A stretch of 64,000 bases of DNA, taken from the NCBI RefSeq assembly GCF_000142905.1, contig NW_013657638.1, positions 151,103 to 215,102 on the forward strand, given 5' to 3'. A program made the position numbers and the translations under genes. Shown here piece after piece: positions 58,544-64,000 of this stretch (the first letter of the stretch is position 1; every line of letters begins with the position of its first letter). Source of the DNA: Thecamonas trahens ATCC 50062 (taxonomy: Eukaryota > Protista > Apusomonadida). The notes under the pieces are model-generated. The model ran no database searches and was not told the DNA's origin. It was given only the letters and a program-made list of their open reading frames with translations.

Positions 58544-59273
58544 ATGTCGGACTTGCTCGAGCTGCCTCGGTCACAGGTCTACCGTCATGTGCGCCAGTTT
58601 GTGCCCAACGGAACGTTGCTGACTAACGACGTCAAGCTCGCCTTCCAGAAGTCCTCGGCTGTTTTCATTCTCTTCATTACAGAGGCGTACGCCATCACTC
58701 GATTCTACCTCATTCGCCCTTCCGCCCCTCCCCCCCCTCTGCCTGACCCCCTCACCACGTACAAGCAACTCACAGCAGACACACACATGCGAATATAGTG
58801 CCCAGCATTTGGCGGCTACCTCAGGTCGCACTTCTATCACCGACACAGACGTGCTTCGTGCTCTGGAGGAGTGCGAGTTTGAGCAGTTTGTCGAGCCGCT
58901 GACGGTGGACCTCGCGCGTACGTGGGTAGGGGGGAGGGGGGGCATGGTGAGGGGGGGTGAGAGGAGATGACACGAGGGGGACTCACGATGGTGGTGAAGG
59001 CGGTGCGGGGGTGCGGGGATGTTGATAGTGTACAACAAACTACGTGAGCGCAAGCTGGCGGCGCGGAACGCCAATCGGGCCGCACAGATCGTGGCCGATA
59101 TGGAGAGCTCGGCAGTCAACTCGACGGCTACCTCGACGGCCAACTCGGAGGTCAACTCGGGTGTTTCATCGCCGGCAGCGGCCCAGGCTGGGGCGAACGG
59201 AGACGGTGACGATGACGATGACGCCGCACCGGTGGCCATGGAGACATCGGAGGCTGTGCCGCAAGAGTCGTGA
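58544..59273 (+). CDS. POLE3: histone-fold protein POLE3/DPB4 (CHRAC17)-like; exons 58544-58686, 58799-58917 and 59029-59273
   Basis: Two GTACG..TAG introns join LELPRSQVYRHVRQFVPNGTLLTNDVKLAFQKSSAVFILFITEA|AQHLAATSGRTSITDTDVLRALEECEFEQFVEPL..|LYNKLRERK, an H2B-type fold matching POLE3/Dpb4. Confidence 0.82.
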
Positions 59274-60125
59274 GTCGATGGTCGGCTCAGCCAGGTCGTA
59301 TTGTCGTGCTAGTGGCTGGCCTGGCCCGGGCGGCTGCGGCGGAAAGAGTGAACGTATGTTGTGATGGGAGTCTGCGTGCATGGTGTGGCGGAAGTGGGAA
59401 AGTGTGGCACGTTGAGCAGCTTGACTCGATCCACGTGTGCCAATCGACGCGTGACCAGTTGGTGCCGTCTGCGTCTGCGCAAACGAAACAAACGAGCACG
59501 TGCCCCACATTTGCCAACCATGCTGTAGTGCGGCGGCTCAGTTTGCGCTGGCGCAGATCGAGTCGAAGGCGCAAGTGCAAGCACATGTCAAAGTGGGAGA
59601 ACAACAGGGTGCAACACGTTTTCCAATCAAAGTACGAGCAGCAGAAGGGCTCGACGGCGCCCGAGTTTGCCGAGAAGAAGCTCCACCGCGAGCTCGAACG
59701 CGTCTCGCTGTCCAACTGCCTGGTTGTCGTCGCCGGCGATTACAAGCCCAAGCCCAGCGACCGCATCAAGGGCCAGAGGAGGGTATCGATTGCCGACATC
59801 GTCGCCTCGTTCATCGCCAAGGGCGACCCCAAGCTCTCGACCAAGCTCCCCGAGTGGGGTTTGAGCAAGGCGGTCGCCTGCCTTGGCGAGGACGTCGAGC
59901 ACCCGACGATCGTCATGCGCCTCCGCCCCACCGGCATCGGCCACGCCGACCGGCAAGCTCGTCCGTCACAAGAAGATCCACAACGTCCTCGCGCTCCCCT
60001 GTCCGGCCGCTGTGTTTAACTCTGTGATGCTCTCCTTCCCGGTCGTCGGCAGGCCAAGCAGGCGTCGCGCAGCGTCGGCCGGTGAACTGCCTGGAAGTCA
60101 AGCATCATCGAGTTGTTCACTTTGA
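59274..60125 (+). mobile_element. degenerate Fanzor1/TnpB-like nuclease remnant (C-terminal half), +1 frame break near 59940
   Basis: Ordered motifs QPGR, SLRAWCGGSG, SAQTKQTS..F, KWENNR..FQSKYEQQK, LVVVAGDY..KGQ, LPEWGLSKAVACLG and, after the shift, KKIHNVLALPCP..AAVFN..GRP. This order parallels Fanzor1 RuvC regions as I recall them; recognition by eye only. Confidence 0.45.
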
Positions 60126-60217
60126 GAGGCGCAACAACGCGTCCGAAAGACCGTACCGTTAAGGGTCAAAGTAAGTATGTACCTGCCACCGCCGGACCTG
60201 TTGCTTCCGCGGCGCGT

Positions 60218-63200
60218 TCATCCGCCCCAACGCGTCCATTGCGTGCGGCTCAGAGTCATCTTTCTCGCCACCGCCACCACGGTGGTGAGGACCACAAGCA
60301 CGCCAGCGTACACCACCATGCTCACCGCCACATAGTCCCCAAGGAAAACCTTACGGGTCCGCTCGATCTGCGTCGCGGGTGCCGCCTCGTCGGCTCCGGC
60401 CCCGGCCGCCACTGCCACCATCACCTCGCCACAGACGGCCACCGCCGCGTCGTCAGCCTCTTCCGCCAGGACTGCCACTACAAAGACCGCGCCGGCCGTA
60501 GGAAGTTCCCGTGCCACTACAATCTGCCCGCCAGATGGACCCATCTCGACCGCAAACACAGGATCCGCGCCGGCGGTCCCGTTGCTCCCGCTGGGACATC
60601 CGTTTGTCCCAGGAAGCGGCTCGCTGAAGAGGTAGCCACCGGGCGGGGGGTCGGGATCGCCCACTACAGCGAGGACGGCCACCACGTCACCGACGGTCGC
60701 GCTCGCTGTCGTGCGCGCGCTTCCGTCGCTGCTGCCGGCAACAACGATGGCGCTCCCAGCCTCATTGGCGTTGCTGATCTGGATGGAGAAAGTCGCCTCG
60801 ATGGTGAGCGCAGGCACGCCGTTGTCACGCGCCGCGACAGTCACCGCCACCAGCGGCTGACTCTCAAAGTCCAGTGCCGCCATCACCACAAGCTGCGTTC
60901 CAGTTGCGGCGTCAAGTCCAATCCCGGCTCCCATCGGCGCAACCGCCGTCACCGCAAACGTCGCCGCCGCGCCGACGTCCGGATCACCCACCGCCACCAG
61001 GCTTCCGATTACCGTCCCTACCGCCGCCAACTCGCTCACCGGTCCAACCAGGACCGATGACGCCGCGCCGTCGAGCAGGATGGCGGTCGGCGGCCGGTTT
61101 GTCACCGTCACTCCGAGAACGAGCTCGAGCAAGAGCATGTTTGTCGGCGTCCCACTGTCGCTTGCGCGCACTGTCACGTTGGTTGTCGGACCGAAGAGGA
61201 TGCCTGTGGTGACAAGCGTTGCACCTTCGACGATGGTCACGGCTGCACCAGGCGGCGAGGTGCTGGTGATGGCAAAGCTCGCACTCTCGCCGGTGTCGGG
61301 ATCGCCGACTACGCTCAGCACCGCGATGACCGTTCCCGGCGCCACGTTCATCATGTACCGGCCAAACGGCACGCTCGGTGCAGTGCCATTGGCCAGCACC
61401 GCCGTCGGCGGCTCGTTGATATCAATGAGCGGGAGCACCAGGCTGGCGTTGCGAGCATCGTCGATGTCCTTGCCGTTGGCGAGGATCAGCTCGCACCAGC
61501 TCGCGCCGAGGCTCTCGAAGTCGAACGGGACAGACACCGTGACGTTCATCCCATCCAGCACAATACCCGAGCAGTTGCCGGCCACCAGTGCAAGCCCTGG
61601 CGCAGTCGACCCGGCGCTGAGCTCGAGCATCGCAGCAACTTCGCCGACCTCTGCATGCTCAGGGTATCCTCCCTCTGCCAGAGGAAACGGCAGCCGGAAG
61701 TCGATGTCGAACGGCGGCGCCTGGTAAACGGCCATAACGACGTATGCGGTGATTGTGTTGGGCAAAGGTGTGTGCCGATCACTGGCGACAACCGCCACCG
61801 TACAGCTAGCACCGAGCGCGGCTGGATCGACGGGGTGCGCCAGCCGCAACTCGTCGCCGTTGACGAGCACAACCGGGCAGGTGGTTTTGGTAGCGTCAAG
61901 GACAATGCTCACCACGTCGTTGGCATCTGGATCGGTGGCAGACACCCGGGCCACAAGTTCGTTGATCGTAAAGCTCTTGCGCAGAATGACCGAGGCGATG
62001 AGACTCACGTTGGATGGCGGTGTCGCCCAGCACGTCGAGTTGTCGCCGCCGCATACGCCGCAAGCGTCGAGAGCGGCAGTCGAGTTGACGCCAGCATCGC
62101 AGCCGGTGAGGCAGGAGAAGGCCTCCCAGGCGAGGCATGGTGACGAGAGGTGGATGGCTACGCCGCCCGAGAACGTTAAGGCCCCGTTGGTGTGGCGGTG
62201 GTTCCCGATCAGTACATCATCGCCCCAGACGTCGTTGTTCACGTTGGCCATCACCAGCGAGTCGCCGTACTTGCACGCGCCAGCAGGCCCGGCCTCGGTG
62301 AAGTAGTTCGCGGCACCAACGGCGGCGTTGTCGCCTGGATGAAGGTTGGCGCCGAGGAATAGGTACGCCCCGTCGCAGGGATCGACCACAAGAACGTCGG
62401 TCTTGTTGTCCCGGTCGATGTCGCCGGCCGTGAACGTCGTGCCAAACAGCGAGCCTGGGGCTCCGCGGAGAATGATGTCGGCCGTCGAGACGTTAGTGAC
62501 TCCGGACGGGGGCGAGGCGGTTCCAAAGTGGATGTACACACTGCCGCGAAAGGATGGTGCTGTTGCTGGCTCGCCAGGGGCAGAGAGAATAAAGTCCGGC
62601 TCGCCGTCGCCGTTGACATCATACATCGCCACGTAGGTGCCAAGATTCTGATTGATAACGTTGGTGGTCTCTGGGACAAAGGTAGCGATAGCTTGCGATG
62701 TATCATGTGTGCCGCCGAGAGCAACTAGCGCGTCGAGATCAAAAACATAAACCTGACCGCAGCGCTCGCAACTAAGGTATGACTCACGTGCTCCGACTAC
62801 GAGAAAGTCGGATCCGGATGTAGACTGGGCAATGGAGAGTGAGCCTCCAAACAGCGAGCCGGTTTCTGCAACGGCCTCGATTACCACTGTTGCAGCTGTT
62901 GATGGCAGAGGAGGTCCATCAGCAAGCAACGTCGCCGTCGAGAAGATGAATAATCTTCCACTTGGGGCGCTTTGCTTCTCGCCCACAACAGCCACGGTGC
63001 TGGTAGCAGCAATTGCATCTCCAAACAAACCACCACCAGATACACCAGTGATAGTTGCGTTTGCAGCCAGGTTGAAAACGTCGAAGAATACATACACTCT
63101 TCCAGTGTTCTCGAAGCTGCTTGCTCCGACCAGAACGTCATCCTGTCCATCACCGTCAATGTCTGAGCATACAAGGGCTCGGCCAAAACCATGGTTCTTG

Positions 63201-63493
63201 TGCTCACCCTCAATCCGGACATCAGCTGAAGCTGCAGATAGATCGCTTTCATAGTCATGGCCACTTGAACCAAGGAAGATGTACACGATGCCCGGAGCCT
63301 GTGAAAAGAGCTGGGGACCCCCAAAAGCGCAGTCCACGAGACCATCGCCGTCAAGGTCGCAGCAGGCCGATGAGAAGCCCAACATCTGGCGCACGATGTC
63401 CCCCTGGACCGTGACCTCTGGAAGGAGGGAGGAGCCAGTTGCAAAATGAAAGATCAAGGCCGCCACAAGGAGGCACACGTGCGGAGGTGTCAT
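60218..63493 (-). CDS. type I membrane protein: signal peptide, 7 FG-GAP (integrin-alpha propeller) repeats, ADAMTS-like Cys motif, ~5 cadherin repeats, TM, short tail
   Basis: FG-GAP: LGFS..DLDGDGLVD..GGP..GIVYIF, FGRAL..DIDGDGQDDVLVGA..GRVYVF and DVNGDGEPDFILSAP. Cys motif: GCD..DACGVCGGDNSTC. Cadherin: ATDPD, FDFES, DINEPP, VRASDSG, LDFES and ARDNGVP. Confidence 0.88.
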   Translation of the reverse strand: MTPPHVCLLVAALIFHFATGSSLLPEVTVQGDIVRQMLGFSSACCDLDGDGLVDCAFGGPQLFSQAPGIVYIFLGSSGHDYESDLSAASADVRIEGEHKNHGFGRALVCSDIDGDGQDDVLVGASSFENTGRVYVFFDVFNLAANATITGVSGGGLFGDAIAATSTVAVVGEKQSAPSGRLFIFSTATLLADGPPLPSTAATVVIEAVAETGSLFGGSLSIAQSTSGSDFLVVGARESYLSCERCGQVYVFDLDALVALGGTHDTSQAIATFVPETTNVINQNLGTYVAMYDVNGDGEPDFILSAPGEPATAPSFRGSVYIHFGTASPPSGVTNVSTADIILRGAPGSLFGTTFTAGDIDRDNKTDVLVVDPCDGAYLFLGANLHPGDNAAVGAANYFTEAGPAGACKYGDSLVMANVNNDVWGDDVLIGNHRHTNGALTFSGGVAIHLSSPCLAWEAFSCLTGCDAGVNSTAALDACGVCGGDNSTCWATPPSNVSLIASVILRKSFTINELVARVSATDPDANDVVSIVLDATKTTCPVVLVNGDELRLAHPVDPAALGASCTVAVVASDRHTPLPNTITAYVVMAVYQAPPFDIDFRLPFPLAEGGYPEHAEVGEVAAMLELSAGSTAPGLALVAGNCSGIVLDGMNVTVSVPFDFESLGASWCELILANGKDIDDARNASLVLPLIDINEPPTAVLANGTAPSVPFGRYMMNVAPGTVIAVLSVVGDPDTGESASFAITSTSPPGAAVTIVEGATLVTTGILFGPTTNVTVRASDSGTPTNMLLLELVLGVTVTNRPPTAILLDGAASSVLVGPVSELAAVGTVIGSLVAVGDPDVGAAATFAVTAVAPMGAGIGLDAATGTQLVVMAALDFESQPLVAVTVAARDNGVPALTIEATFSIQISNANEAGSAIVVAGSSDGSARTTASATVGDVVAVLAVVGDPDPPPGGYLFSEPLPGTNGCPSGSNGTAGADPVFAVEMGPSGGQIVVARELPTAGAVFVVAVLAEEADDAAVAVCGEVMVAVAAGAGADEAAPATQIERTRKVFLGDYVAVSMVVYAGVLVVLTTVVAVARKMTLSRTQWTRWGG

Positions 63494-64000
63494 GCGCGCT
63501 ACTGGCACGTGGAGCACGGGTGCGTAGAGCTCAACAGCTGCGTCCGCAAGCTAGTGAGGAGAGACGTGTGATCAAGGTACCGGATACCTGCAGGTGGTAC
63601 AGTTGGAGGTGGCTAGAGGCCGTTGGATGCGCGCGCCAATGCGCGCGCCTTCCACGGCTGGTGAATCTCCCGGGAACTTGGGTGGGAGGTGCACTAGCCA
63701 ATTTGAAGTGTTCCCGGGAGATGCTGCCAACGCTTCGCGCGCACGATCTCACGCCCGTTTGCAAGCACCCCTCTAGCGTGCGGTACCATGTACGTGCGCC
63801 ATGAGTTCCTTCACGCTGCTGCTCTGATCTTCGTCTTGTGCGTGGTGCCATCTTCATCTGCCACCGATGTCTCGCTCTCGGTCAGCTGTTGCCAACACGA
63901 CGTTGTCAGCACCAGGCTCGAGTGTAGCGATCACGCTCACGGCCACAAACCGCGGCATCGGCGCTGTCCCCCGGTGGAGCCTCGCCCACACCGAACCCAG

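Noticed and set aside
60218-63493. Calling this gene a bona fide integrin alpha
   Set aside because: The stalk is cadherin-like rather than thigh/calf, and the tail lacks KxGFFKR.

Overview
GC-rich, gene-dense, intron-poor eukaryotic draft scaffold with five N-gaps. Cytoplasmic dynein, GT-AG introns and LIM/PX/TBC genes make it eukaryotic. The cadherin, FG-GAP and paxillin-like content plus the composition suggest a unicellular amorphean, possibly an apusomonad such as Thecamonas (inference only). About 21 protein genes can be supported. Recognisable genes: TTC39/IML2-like, SPOUT1, CNBD channel, ELO elongase, DHX57-like helicase, cytoplasmic dynein-1 heavy chain, TBC1D13, ceramide synthase and POLE3/DPB4. 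Unusual domain fusions: HARE-HTH+PP2C; disintegrin-like repeat receptor with an NPxY tail; LD-motif + 6 LIM; hemopexin-CUB-14x sushi with a polycystin-1-like 5-TM domain; WGR+SMI1/KNR4; and a 7-blade FG-GAP propeller + cadherin repeats. The most notable items are: (i) a degenerate ORF at ~59.3-60.1 kb whose motif order resembles the RuvC half of Fanzor1 (eukaryotic TnpB-like RNA-guided nuclease); (ii) the integrin-alpha-propeller/cadherin chimera and other adhesome-like receptors; (iii) seven single-base frame breaks in otherwise intact genes, each repairable by a one-base run-length change and probably sequencing error; (iv) convergent genes with only 5-23 nt between stop codons and a recurrent AGTAA(A) motif at gene ends. 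All family calls come from motif recognition by eye; no database searches were run.
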